This document shows, one piece after another, positions 1-34,249 of a DNA stretch of 64,000 bases. This DNA comes from Octopus vulgaris (lineage: Eukaryota): the NCBI GenBank assembly GCA_951406725.2, contig OX597834.1:40610001-40674000 (forward strand), in the 5' to 3' direction. The notes below the pieces were generated by a model. The model was not told the origin of the DNA. It ran no database searches and saw only the letters and a program-made list of their open reading frames with translations. A program made the position numbers and the translations under genes. The stretch's first letter is position 1, and each line of letters starts with the position of its first letter.

Positions 1-661
1 TTGAGAGGAATACAGTCGTTTTAGTACCACCTCCTGGTCACTCTTGTGTGACTTCAAGGGAGTAAGTTATGTTCAACACATTCAGACCCAGACCAGATCA
101 AATCAGATAGTCTCTGATGTGAAAATAACTTCCTCTCAGCAGCTGTCTTGAAAACCTGTAAAAAAAAAGATTCTTGGTGTGAATTCATGTGTTGAAACAA
201 ATTTTGTATCTTGGGAGGGTCATTACACCAATAATAATAAGCACACATGCTGGTTCAATATCACTTCTTTATTGTTAGTCAATTATTTGAATATATAACC
301 AACTAACTAATGGATTGTTTGTTTAATTTGTTGGTTAAACGATCAATTGGTTGTTCGTTAGTCAAAGTCCTTTTGTTGCTATTCATGACCTTCTCAGCAA
401 CTTGTCCTTTTTCTCAAAGTCTGTTCTGAGTCTTGGAGCAGTTAGACTTTGCCAGAAAGATCCCAGTGTATGGAACATGGACATCACTGATGCAATTCTA
501 TAAGCTTTTACTTAGCAGACTTTTATTGTTGTTTATTATTATTGTGGATATTTTTGCCTTTTTCAGAATAATTATTTTATCATTATTATTATTATTATTA
601 TTATTATTTTCCCATGTGTTTTACTTAAAAAAAAATCTGTTTCTGATTTTGGTCTGTGCAG

Positions 662-21974
<21,313 letters not shown>

Positions 21975-22671
21975 TGTTTGTGTGCACTAGTACACCAGTA
22001 CGACTTGAAGAAGAACCTTATCAAATCTCTTCGCATTTGGCCGCAGTCCGTCACCTAAACCTGGACTTACTGGTCACTGCTGCCAGTGGCCTGTCCATTA
22101 TCATCAGTTGATTGACAGTCTCAACAACAGCAACAAGAAGAACAACAACAACAAACTGCATTTATACTTTTCAGTTGGTTGGTCAACTTTCTTCAGCAAT
22201 AACGGTGATAAAACAGAAAAACTATTCCAGAGACAACGTGAAAGACAGTTTTTCTTTGCTTTTTTTTTTTTTTTTTCCAATTAATCCATAAAATATTGAT
22301 CAAGTCTTCCATCCTCATCTCTTTTTTGTATATTTCTTTCAACACCCATTGATCACTTAACGTTGTTACTGATTGTTAGTTTTCTTTTTTTTTTTTTTGG
22401 GTGGAGGGATTGTGGGACAGGGAGGGGAATCCTCTAAATCCTGCCTAAAGAAGAAAAAAGGGGTTGGTTAAATGCATACAGCTAAAATTGTACTGGTCAG
22501 TCATGGTATTTCTACTCCCATCTCTCTCTCTTTCTCTCTTACTAAGTATATATTTATACATATATATATACCGGAGTAAACACATAAATGTGAAACAAGG
22601 TGGAAAAAAGAGTACTCAAATACCAGTGGTAGAGTAATATGCTTTATTTAAAGCAGCAGAAAATTCAACAA

Positions 22672-22716
22672 AATCTGTTACTCTGAGTTTCTCGTTGCCG
22701 TTCATCAGACAGTTTT
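22672..22716 (-). ncRNA. Minimal Type I hammerhead ribozyme motif
   Basis: Minus strand ctgt-CTGATGA-a-cg-GCAA-cg-a-GAAA-CTCAGAG-TA-acag. Confidence 0.65.
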
Positions 22717-25230
22717 TTACATATATATATATATATGTATGTGTATATATATATATATATATATATCTCATTTCTTCATCTTGTTTCTTTTCCACACAAA
22801 GTGTGTGTGTGTGTGTGTGTGTGTATGCATATATACATGTATGTATGTGCATGTGTATAAACAGTGTTATTCTAGGGCAGTGCTCCAGCATTGCCTTAAT
22901 TTTGATGGTTAAAACAAACTAAAAAATTAATTCTGGAAAGAATAATGACACCTTGACCAATAATGCCATAGATCTATTCTACAACAATAAATATTAAAAG
23001 TTGAAGTGGGTAGGTAGGTAACAGTTAAATCCATTTTATCATTAATAACCTAATAATGTTGCTTTCATATCCATTGTTCTGTACTGTTACAGACGAGATA
23101 ACCAGTTACATTTGCAGCATGGCTGTCAGACAATAATCTGCCCTGATTTCTCAATAACTGGCTTAGATGAACATTTTAATTAATGCACTCATACAAGCTA
23201 CGTAACACTTAGAAATTATATAGAGAAGAATTGACTTAACATCCATGCACATGCACACACACACACGCAATAAGTGGGAACTTTGTAAGTTGATGGCTAT
23301 TTATGGAACAGATGGAATGGTGTTATAGACATTTGATAAAATAAACTTGAAGGTTTTCAAATGGATTCTCTCTTCTTTTTTTTTTGTCATTGTACGGATA
23401 ATAGACAGAATGAGATGAATTGGCAATGTGGACTTGACATTCAGCTTGCTTTGATCACAGTAGTTTTTGACACTAGAGAGACACACACACACATGCATGG
23501 AAAGATACACATACAGATAGGAGTGAGAAAGAGAGATATTACAATTTATTAATTGAACGGTTGACATAAGCTCTTTCTCTCCCCTCAAACACACATAATG
23601 AGAGATGCGCTCACACACATAAACAGAGGGAAAGAGATTCATTACAATTTATTGATTGAACATGGTTGACATTGAACACTTTCCCTCTCTTCAAACAGAA
23701 ATATGCTCACACACATGAATTGAGAGAGAGAGAGGAGGGGGAAGAGTAACAGAGAAAGGGTAGGGAGAGAATGAGAGACATCAAAAAAGTCCGATGTCAA
23801 ATAAGTCAGCATTAATTCAGTGATGCCAAATAGGCGGCGCCAAAACAGCAGTGCCGAAACGTCTCATACCCAACGATGGACCAGGGTATCAAAACAACAC
23901 AGTATATTCCAGCTACCAACTTATTTTACTGATTTGGTTTGATTTATGAATAAACCTAGACATTTAGTTTGTAAAATTACTGCTAGTGTCTGAATGACTG
24001 TATATATCTGTACATGTATTATTTCCATAAGGGGTGTCTTATTGCCTATGGGGTTATTAAGGCACTAATATAGGCTGTCCTCATGTAGTGTATTTGGGGT
24101 AAAACAGCTTTATAGAGTTGCTGCTCTACCCACAGGAGTATTGGAACTCGTTTTGTCAAGTTAGTGGTTTTTCATTACTCCCATCTCTTGTATTAAGCTC
24201 CACTGCACTGGTACCTCTTATGATTTGACCCTTTAGTATTCAGATTATTCTGTCAAATGTCATATTTATTTATTCACATTGTTTAGAATTCATCATGCAT
24301 TATCTCATAGCTTTGAGATTTCAATGATGTGATTGTTTATTTTTAGAAATGACATTGTCAGGTATCGTATTTTAACGTGTATAATGAACCCTTTTTTGTT
24401 AAAAATTAGGTTAAAAAAATATGGGTGTTTCTTATACATGCATATAATTAATATCCCTTACAAAACCTTTTTTTCCAAATTTTAAGCCCCCAAATTTGTG
24501 GGGTCCTTATACATGTTAACATATGGTAGATGTGAGAGGCTGGATCTGGCTTGTTTGAACCTAAAACGGATGGAATATTTGGGCCGGATTTGGCCAATTT
24601 AAATGCTAAAGAGTTAAAGAACTGGGTTGTTGAGAGCTAAGTGTTTTCACTTTGAACTGTTGGTTGCAAGATACAGGCCATTAATATTTCGGCTGGTGCT
24701 TCAATACCTTCTCAGCATAACTGTCTGTAGATGTGTGTGTATGTATGTATGTAAATATGAGTGTATGTGTATGCCTCTGATTTTCTTGTGTGATTTTGTG
24801 TGTGTGTGTGTGTGTATGTATGTAAGTATGAGTGTATGTGTATGCCTCTGATTTTCTTGTGTGATGTCATCAGACAGCAGTTTTCTAAACGTGCGTACAA
24901 TTCCTTTTTAAGCACAAATGATCCTCTATATAACTTTGTAACAAATAAAATGGAAAAAAAAAAGAAATCAAAAAAATTCTGGTATTTATAGAAATTTTTA
25001 TGCTTTTGAATTGCTGGATTCCCTGATATTGTTGAGTTTCTTTGATTTAAAAACAATTTTTTTCCTTTATTTATACATCACCAAGACCTGGTTGAATGGA
25101 ATTGTTGGTACATTAAATGAAATGAAATGAAACAGGTTAGCAAAGACTAGATGTTTGCAGAAGACTATTTAACTTAAAAATTGATGTAATGCTCAACAAA
25201 AAAAAAAAAAACATGTTATTTATAATCTTC

Positions 25231-25236
25231 AATAAA
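25231..25236 (+). terminator. Candidate polyadenylation signal for PAXBP1
   Basis: AATAAA followed by a T/GT-rich tract (25248-25290); other AATAAA sites occur earlier in the putative UTR. Confidence 0.4.
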
Positions 25237-25594
25237 TGTTTTAAATTTCTTTGTTTGTTTTTTTCTTCTCTCTTTGTTGTTGTTTTTTGAATCATAAGTT
25301 TTATATCTGCTTTTCCATGGGTTAAAAAAGTTTACACGGATCGAGTCGGTTCTTATTTAGACTTACTGGCCTCGTAGACAGGTTGAGGAACACATTTCAC
25401 TCTCTCTCCCTCTTTACTTTTTACTCTTTTACTTGTTTCACTCATTTGACTGTGGCCATGCTGGAGCACCGCCTTTAGTCGAGCAAATCAACCCCAGGAC
25501 TTATTCTTTGTAAGCCTAGTACGTATTTTAACTTTTTTTTTTTTTGCCTAACTGCTAAGTTACAGGGACAAACACAGACACACATATATATATA

Positions 25595-25822
25595 TATAAT
25601 CCAAATAAGCAACAAGGATATCTAAGGTATAGTAGTACAATTGTTTCATGCTACTTCATTTTATACAGTGTTTATTAAAACGAAGTAGCATGAAACAATT
25701 GTACTACTCTACCCTGGATATCCTTGTTGCTTATTTTGATTATAATCACTCCATTTAATTTATATGGATAATACCATACAAAATTCTGGTGCCTTTAACT
25801 TAAGTACCATATTCATCTGAAT
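25595..25822. mobile_element. Fold-back (inverted-repeat) fragment of a Penelope-like element in (TA)n, with hammerhead 3' half
   Basis: Arms ~25595-25663 and ~25676-25744; GAAACAATTGTA motif; a single-arm copy at 60781-60860. Confidence 0.55.
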
Positions 25823-26760
25823 CTATATATATATATATATATATATATATGACGGGCTTCTTTCAGTTTCCATTGGCCCAAGGCTATAGTAGAAGACACT
25901 TGCCCAAGGTGCCACACAATGGGACTGAACCCGGAATCATGTGGTTGGTAAGCAAACTACTTACCACACAGCCACTCCTTTTTTTTTTTTTTTTACTTGA
26001 TTCAGTCATTGATCTGCGGCCATGCTGGGGTACCAAATTGAAGAATGTTACTCAAATGAATTGACCCCAGGGTTTTTTTCTTTTTTAAAGTTTCGTACTT
26101 ATTCTGTTGATCTTTTTTGCCAAGCCACTAAGTTATGGGGTTGTAAACACACCGACATCGGTTGTCAAGCAGTGGTGGGGAACAAACACAGACACCGATA
26201 TATACATACATATGTGTGTGTGTGGCTATGAGCGTGTCTGTACCCTTCGCAACCACTGCTGGAAAACTGGTGTTGGTGTGTTTACATCCCTGTAATTTAG
26301 TAGTTCAGCAAAAGAGACCAAGAGAACAAGTGCCCTGCATAACAAGGAAAATAAGTACTAGGGGTTGATTCATTCAGCTAAAAAAAATTTTCCAAGGCGG
26401 TGCCCCAGCATGGCCACGGTCTAGTGACTGAAACAAGTAAAAGATCAAAGATGTATATACACTTCAGTAATAATACACAAAGGGTTGAGTCAGTTCTATT
26501 ACATCCCATCATGTGTGGCTTTGTACCAAATCAAGAAATCAATATTGAATCTATAGCAATATTATTTTCAATAAAGACAGTAATTTCGTTTGCTTAAGTG
26601 TCCCAAAACCCTTCATGCTTGACCAACCAAAGCAATCCACTTATCAATGATTAATGATATAATGATTTGAACCCAGTTCTATCAAGCACAAAAAGTATTT
26701 CCATTAACGATTCTGATGTCGTTAATGTTTATTTAATGGCTTTCCATCTTTTCTTCACCT

Positions 26761-26774
26761 GTTACTATGACAAC
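26761..26774. promoter_or_regulatory. RFX X-box-like motif
   Basis: GTTACTATGACAAC matches GTHNYYATRRNAAC exactly, in non-repetitive sequence. Confidence 0.4.
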
Positions 26775-27151
26775 GCAGGTGGAGATTTCTGAAAGAATCA
26801 AAACAACAACTCTCCTTTCTGTACCTCACTATCACCATCCGTCTGTCTGTTGTTGTTTATTGCCAGTAAAGATGGTTGAAAGAATAGCCATGAGCTGGCA
26901 AAGATAGGTTTTATGACCATAATGATTATAATAACCTCAGGACGTGGCTGCAGTTCAGTGCTTGGACACATTAAGATTATAAAATATTCTCTGTGTGTGT
27001 GTGTGTATTTATGTATGTATGTATGTTGTCTGTTGGTGTTTATGTAAGTATATATATATGTATGTATATACACATATATATATACATGTGCATAAATATA
27101 TATATATACATATGCATATATATATACATGCATATATATATATATACATGC

Positions 27152-27182
<31 letters not shown>

Positions 27183-27236
27183 CATGCATGTATATATATA
27201 TATATATATATGCGTATATATGTATACATATATATA

Positions 27237-27608
27237 TACTTTGATAGGTTTCGGCCATTATTGGCCCAGGCCATGTCTAACTTAATAGCACCACCTGATG
27301 AAGTCTTTCAAGTCAGAATTTGGGCACTATGGCCCACTCAAGTAGAGAGTTATTGTTTACAGAGACATATCTGTGTGTAGGGGGTTTATCCGGGATTTCT
27401 TGAAGGAATCTGTCCAAAGACTTCTTGAACCCTATAGGATCTGTTTCTGTTTTAATGTGTTTTGGTGTAATGTTAAAGAGAGCGGGGCCAATTGAGGTGA
27501 AATAATTGTGCCGTATTGTTGTTATGAGATGAGAGTGCGATTTTTGTTGTGGGCAGATGGCATGGGGCCCAAGCCTTGGATGTACCTTAAAGGTGATGCC
27601 AACATCAT
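27237..27608 (-). mobile_element. Second 5'-truncated copy of the same CR1 LINE, inverted
   Basis: Near-identical reverse complement of ~28095-28466. Confidence 0.9.
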
Positions 27609-27710
27609 CTATATATATACATATATATATACACACACACACACATATATATATATATATTCACATGTATATATATATTCACATATATACATATATATTC
27701 ATATATATAT

Positions 27711-28474
27711 ACAACATCAGAGACTTGGGAGTAATTGTGGACAACAACGTAAGCTGGGCCACTCATATAAACACCAAAGTTGACATGGCCCGCAGAATGT
27801 GTTCCTGGATTCTCAGAACTTTCCAGTCGAGAGATATCCACACCATTATCCTTCTCTTCTCCACTTTTGCCCGACCCCACCTTGAATACTGTTGTCCACT
27901 GTGGTCTCCCCACACAATACAAGGTATCATAAAAGTCGAAGCACCTCAAAGGGCAATCACAAAAAAGATAGATGGCATGACAGGCCTCGACTATTGGGGT
28001 CGACTAGAAAAGCTAAAACTCTATTCTCTCCAACGTCGTCGTGAGCGCTACATCATCTGCATGATGTGGAAAATATTCCATCAGCATTGCCCAAATGATG
28101 TTGGCATCACCTTTAAGGTACATCCAAGGCTTGGGCCCCGTGCCATCCGCCCAAAACAAAAATCGCACTCTCATCTCATAACAACAATACGGCACAATTA
28201 TTTCACCTCAATTGGCCCCGCTCTCTTTAATATTACACCAAAACACATTAAAACAGAAACTGACCCTATAGGGTTCAAGAAGTCTTTGGACAGATTCCTT
28301 CAAGAAATCCCGGATAAACCCCCTACACCCGGATATGTCTCTGTAAACAATAACTCTCTACTTGAGTGGGCCATAGTGCCCAAATTCTGACTTGAAAGAC
28401 TTCACCAGGTGGTGCTATTAAGTTAGACATGGCCTGGGCCAATAATGGCCGAAACCTATCAAAGTATCAAAGTA
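27711..28474 (+). mobile_element. 5'-truncated CR1-clade LINE (RT C-terminus, 3' UTR, (TATCAAAG)2 tail)
   Basis: RDLGVIVD...RPHLEYCCPLWSP...LYSLQRRRER open to the stop at 28390; 8-bp tandem tail; flanked by (TA)n. Confidence 0.9.
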
Positions 28475-28557
28475 TATACACATATATATATATACATATA
28501 TATATATATACATATACACATATATATATACACATATATATATATATATATATACAT

Positions 28558-28600
<43 letters not shown>

Positions 28601-28603
28601 CAT

Positions 28604-28645
<42 letters not shown>

Positions 28646-29129
28646 GCATATATATATACATATATAAATGAACAATGACATCACTGAAATCTTGAAGTTA
28701 CAAGATAACGCATAATTAATTCAAAACCAAGAGGATAAATATGCTTTACATGTGACAGAAAGAAATCTGAATGCTAAAGAGTTAACATTTAAAGCAACCA
28801 TATCAGGCTCAAATACTCCACACGTTATATATTCAATCTGGTTAGATCCAGCCTCTCTCACCTCTCCTACAATGTCATTCTAAAAATAAATATAATCGCA
28901 TATTTGAAAACTTGAAGCTACAAGATAATGCACGATTAATTAAAAACAATGGAGATGAATGTGTAAGAGGTTTGACAGAGTAATCTGAATGTTAGGCGGT
29001 TAAACCTAGGAACAAGCCTTGATGGATTTTCACCAGTCTTTCAAGAAACAGTTGCAGCACAGTAGACATATTTTATTATTATCCAGGGCCTTGTTTTCCT
29101 GAAGGAGAAGCCCCATCCTGGATTCCTTC

Positions 29130-29860
29130 CACTGTTGTCTGTCTCTGACCAGTCATGACCATGTAGGCCCCAGGTAGTAGATGAGCTCATTTTGCAACGT
29201 TGTCTTTGGTTGGCCTTCTCATCTTGTCCATTCCGTCACCCTGATTGTCCGTCTGTTGTCACTCAGTCGTACGATGTAGCCAGTCTATCTATATTTGTTC
29301 TCCTTGGACTCTCGTGTGCTGTCGAGAGGCAGTTGGATGGAACCTACACTCGCCTCCTTATGAGAGCTCAAAATCTCTCGTGGAAGCGCCATCCAACCAA
29401 AATGCAAATATATGGGAAACTACCACCTGTGTCATATCTTGTGAAAGGTAAGAGAGTCCAGTTTGCTGGACATTGTTGTAGAGCTGAAAAAGAGGTAATG
29501 TCTACTCTTCCCCTTGGAAGTCATCTACTCACAATACCAGAGGGCGCACACTCTCCTACCCTGATGTAATCTCCAGGGATACAGGTATCCAGCAACAGGA
29601 CCTCCGTAATGCCATGATGGACCGTGAAGTCTGGCATAGCATGGTAAATTCCATTGTCTCGACCACGGTCGAACAATGATGATGTGCTGTCGAATCCAGG
29701 CATTGGTTTTCTTGTCCCGCAATATGATGCTGACTATGGTTTGTTCCTACAATGAGGGCATTCATGATGGTCGTGTTGAGAGCCCATGTTTCACTGCAGT
29801 AAATCTTCGTTGAAGATCTTTCTTTTAATTTTCATGGAAGCCTTGGAACTTCTAACAAGA
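29130..29860 (-). mobile_element. Older decayed RTE-clade LINE fragment interrupted by the above insertion
   Basis: Frameshifted CSETWAL, RDKKTNAWIRQ and AGYIVRLSDNRRT-like motifs on the minus strand. Confidence 0.6.
29326..29682 (+). mobile_element. 5'-truncated RTE-like LINE with 11-bp target-site duplication
   Basis: LDGTYTRLLMRA...FAGHCCR; (TGA)n tail; TSD tgtgctgtcga at 29315-29325 and 29683-29693. Confidence 0.85.
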
Positions 29861-30139
29861 CATATTTTAATCATTCAAAAACACACAGAAACAGCTAACT
29901 TCACGTAAACATTTATTATTTAGTGTCAACATTTCTTGTTGCACCAACTGCAACCTAGTCACCGATATGGTTCCACTGCACTTTTCACGTTTTTAAATGG
30001 CCAATATATATGTTCCATGCTAGAATTGTTTTAGTTTCAACACCTGATTTTAGGTCAAATCACTTTCCAGATAAGGACATCTCTGAAATTTCAAAAGACA
30101 TGTAGATAGGTTTTAGCTAAGCCACTCTAAATAGATACT

Positions 30140-30568
30140 CTCTTTTTTTACTCTTTTTACTCTTTTTACTTGTTTCAGTCATTTGACTGCGGCCATGCTG
30201 GAGCACCGCCTTTAGTCGAGCAAATCGACCCCAGGACTTATTGTTTGTAAGCCCAGTACTTATTCTATCAGTCTCTTTTTTGCCGAACCGCTAAGTGACG
30301 GGGACGTAAACACACCAGCATCGGTTGTCAAGCAATGCTAAGAGGACAAACACAGACACACAAACATACACACACATACACACATAAATATATATATACA
30401 TATATACGACAGGCTTCTTTCAGTTTCTGTCTACCAAATCCACTCACAAGGCATTGGTCGGCCCGGGGCTGTAGCAGAAGACACTTGCCCAAGATGTCAC
30501 GCAGTGGGACTGAACCCGGAACCATGTGGCTGGTTAGCAAGCTACTTACCACACAGCCACTCCTGCCT
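30140..30568 (-). mobile_element. Composite tRNA-derived SINE (CORE-like head, internal TA/TG microsatellite, (GAGTAAAA)n tail)
   Basis: Same family at ~4414-4770, 25425-25980, 35142-35550, 42453-42865, 51080-51630, 57500-57886, 61578-61945. Confidence 0.85.
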
Positions 30569-31080
30569 TATCAAAGCTTTTTTTTTGTTTTTGCAAATAG
30601 ACAATTCCCATAAAAGCTGAAGTGAGACATAATATGTCCTATTTATAAATGTCTGCATGTACATAATTTTATATCAGTCGATTTGTTTAGAAACAATAAA
30701 TCTCACTAAGATAAAATTTATTGCTTTATAATTAGGTAAAAAATCTTAGAGAAGATTTGATTCCTTTTTAAGCAATAAAAATGAGAGAAAACCAACATTA
30801 GAGTATTTCATGTTTATGCTTTTAATTTTTATAGTTTTGTCTCTAAAAATAATTATTTATTTGCTTTCTGACATTTTATATGTTATATGGCCGTAGGAAA
30901 ACAAAAGGAAAACAATACAGAATAATAAAGAAGAAGAAGAAAAACTGTATATAAATTTCAGAGCTGTTCTAGGAAGTCTACCTTTAAAAGAACAATAAAA
31001 CATAGACATGGAATCAGGTTATTGTCATATTTATTTCTTTTTCATCTCTTCTTTCACTTTTATTGGTTTCAGAATGGATT

Positions 31081-31554
31081 CTACTCCAAATAAGTGGCAA
31101 ACACAGAACAAATGACAAACAGATTCGAGTTGTTATATTTGACAACAACAAAATTATCGACTTCTTCGTTCCAAAGGCAACGACTGGCCATCATGAAATG
31201 TTGGCTTAGATTTTGACCAACCAAAACCTGAACCACGTATCTGTAGCGTTTCCAAGACAGCAACTTGAGTTTTTCTTTGATTTCATCAGACATTTTTATA
31301 ACAAGAGACGGTGCCGCCTCTGCATTATAAATGGCATTGGAAAGATCCTCTGCTAGCATAATGTCTTTGATGATTCCCTCAACACAACGAGGAATAAAAC
31401 GTTGTGAAGGAGCGAGCTGGAAGGTATTTTCCAAACGCGGTGGTTTTAAAGGTTTCGTATCACTTACATCCAAATTTCCATTTTTCTTCTTCCGCATTGC
31501 CAGTCTGCCCACGGTGCGGACATTCAGTCTCTTGAACAGACTGTTATCGGACAT
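31081..31554 (-). CDS. Tctex-1 domain dynein light chain (DYNLT5/TCTEX1D-like), intronless CDS
   Basis: 157 aa ORF with ENTFQLAP, RYRYVVQVLVGQ, ASRCLWN..DNF and FATYLE* Tctex-1 motifs; putative acceptor (tttatag) near 31612 implies an upstream non-coding exon. Confidence 0.9.
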   Translation of the reverse strand: MSDNSLFKRLNVRTVGRLAMRKKKNGNLDVSDTKPLKPPRLENTFQLAPSQRFIPRCVEGIIKDIMLAEDLSNAIYNAEAAPSLVIKMSDEIKEKLKLLSWKRYRYVVQVLVGQNLSQHFMMASRCLWNEEVDNFVVVKYNNSNLFVICSVFATYLE

Positions 31555-32631
31555 TGTAGATGTGCAAAGAGTTCTTCACTTTTTGAATTTTATGATGTTT
31601 GGCCAGTGAGCTATAAATATAAGAGCATTTATTTTTTAATCATATACGTACGTACATACATACATACATACATACATACATACATACATACACACATACA
31701 TATACACATACATACACACATACATGCATACATACATACATGCATACATACATACATACACAGATTCATACATACATACATACACATACATACATACATA
31801 TATATACATACATATATGCATACATATATACACACACACATGCATACATACATACATACACACACATACATACACACATACATACACACACATACATATA
31901 CATACATACATGCATACATACATACATACACACTCACATACATACACATACATACATACACACACATACATACATACACAGATACATACATATATATCAT
32001 TATTATTGTTATTATTATCATTATTATTTGACCAAAAGACCTTAAAGCGAACTCCTTAATTTGTTTAATTTACTTGTTATTTATTGTTTACATGTCGTAA
32101 AACCCATTGTATCGTCCCTTTTGTCTTTTATGTTGTTGCATATCCTTTAATGTTATTGTATGTGAGCCCTTGTGGCCAATAAAAGAATTAACTATTATCA
32201 TCATTATTATTATTAAGGTGGTAAGCTGGCAGAATCGTTAGCACATTGGATAAAATGCTTAGCAGTATTTTGTCCATCTTTAAATTCTGAGTTCAAATTC
32301 TGCTGAGGTCAATTTTGCCTTTCATCCCTTTTGGAATCAGTAAAATAAATACCATTTGAACAATGGGGTCGATGTATCGACTTATCTCCTCCTGCAAAAG
32401 TGCTGGCCTTGTGCCAAAATTTGAAATTATTAATATTATCATCATCATCATCATTATTATTATTATAATTAGGCGTAGAAGTGGCTGTGTGGTAAGTAGC
32501 TTACCGAACCACATGGTTCCAGGTTCATTCCCACTGTGTGGCACCTTGGGCAAGTGTCTTCTACTATAGCCTCGGGCCAATCAAAGCCTTGTGAGTGGAT
32601 TTGGTAGACGGAAACTGAAAGAAGCCCGTCG

Positions 32632-32684
<53 letters not shown>

Positions 32685-33178
32685 AACAATAAGGAATGTA
32701 TTTGTTTCTCATTTTAATTTTGAACTTTTATGTATTTATGTTTTTTATTAACAAAATTAAAATTTGTGAAAAAGAAAAAATATTTTTATCCTTGCCTGCT
32801 TTCTGTTATTTTTTCATTTTTTTTCTTTGTCTTTCTTACAGCTGAGACCAAATTCTTTGATAGCAAAATCCTCAAAAAATATAAAATAAAATAAAATAAA
32901 ATAAAATAAAATAAATAAATAAAATGAAAATACAAATGCAACAACATATACTCTTTTACTTGTTTCAGTCATTTGACTGCGGCCATGCTGGAGCACCGCC
33001 TTTAATCGAGCAACTCGACCCCGGGACTTATTCTTTTGTAAGCCCAGTACTTATTCTATCAGTCTCTTTTGCCGAACCGCTAAGTAACGGGGACATAAAC
33101 ACACCAGCATCAGTTGTCAAGCAATGTTGGGGGGGGGAGCAAACACAAACACATAAATACACACACACATATACATAC

Positions 33179-33259
<81 letters not shown>

Positions 33260-34249
33260 GCTGTGTGATAAAGAAGCTTGCTGTTTAGTGCAATAACATT
33301 TAATTAATTGAATTAGCTCTTAATTAATAGCTGGTCACTAAAAACTACTTAAGTAATTACAAATATAATTAATGATAAAGACAGACAATATTATTAACAG
33401 CATTCATAAACAATACCTTATTTCTGGCTGTTCTTTCTTGTGCATTATTTTATATTTTGGGAAATATCGAAATCAAACAAGATCTTTGATTTATTTCAGT
33501 CATTAGACTGAGGCCATGCTGGGGCACCACTTTGAAGAATTTTTAGCCAAATGAATCAACCCAAGTACATGTTTGTTTATTTTAAAGCCCTGTACCTTTT
33601 TTTTGAAGTCCAGTACTTTTCTATCAGTCTACTAATTTACGGGGGACATCAACACACCAACACTGGTTGTCAAGCAGAAGTGTGCTGCCCGGAGTGGCCC
33701 TTTTGTTTGCCATCCCCGGACCCCACAAAAAACGCATATTGTCTACAACAGACCCAAAAGTGCCAACCAGGGCAGATTGCCCCTACCACCACCCCTGGCT
33801 ATGCTAGTGTATATATATATATATATATATATACGACAGGCTTCTTTCAGTTTTCATCTACCAAATCCACCCACAAGGTGCCATGCAGTGGAACTGAACC
33901 CGGAACCATGTGGTTGTGAAGCAAGCTTCTTACCACACAGGCCACTTCTGTGCCTGTATAAGAGTTTTTTTTTATTTCTAAAATTATTTTATTAAAACCC
34001 TTTTTGAATGAAAGACAAAGAGAACTTCATAAGATTTGAACTCAGGAAGAAAAAGTCTTATTATCGGTAATTCATAGAAGATGAGAGGAAGGGGTGGGGG
34101 TTTGTACAATCAACTAATATTGACTGCATAAATCACAAACAGATACCGTTTGATGGTCCCAGAGAGGGATGTCAGTAACATGACTCCAAGTGGGATTTGA
34201 GCTCAGAAGTGTAAGGGAAGTTAAGACTGAAAGATATCTAGTGAAGCAG

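Noticed and set aside
24860-24880. Other CTGATGA occurrences (24867, 12392, 22102 on minus; 43543, 63895 on plus)
   Set aside because: No paired stem II or properly placed GAAA/NUH
28425-28460. ggcc-aataat-ggcc-GAAAC resembling hammerhead stem II
   Set aside because: No CTGANGA box; better explained as the CR1 3' UTR stem-loop
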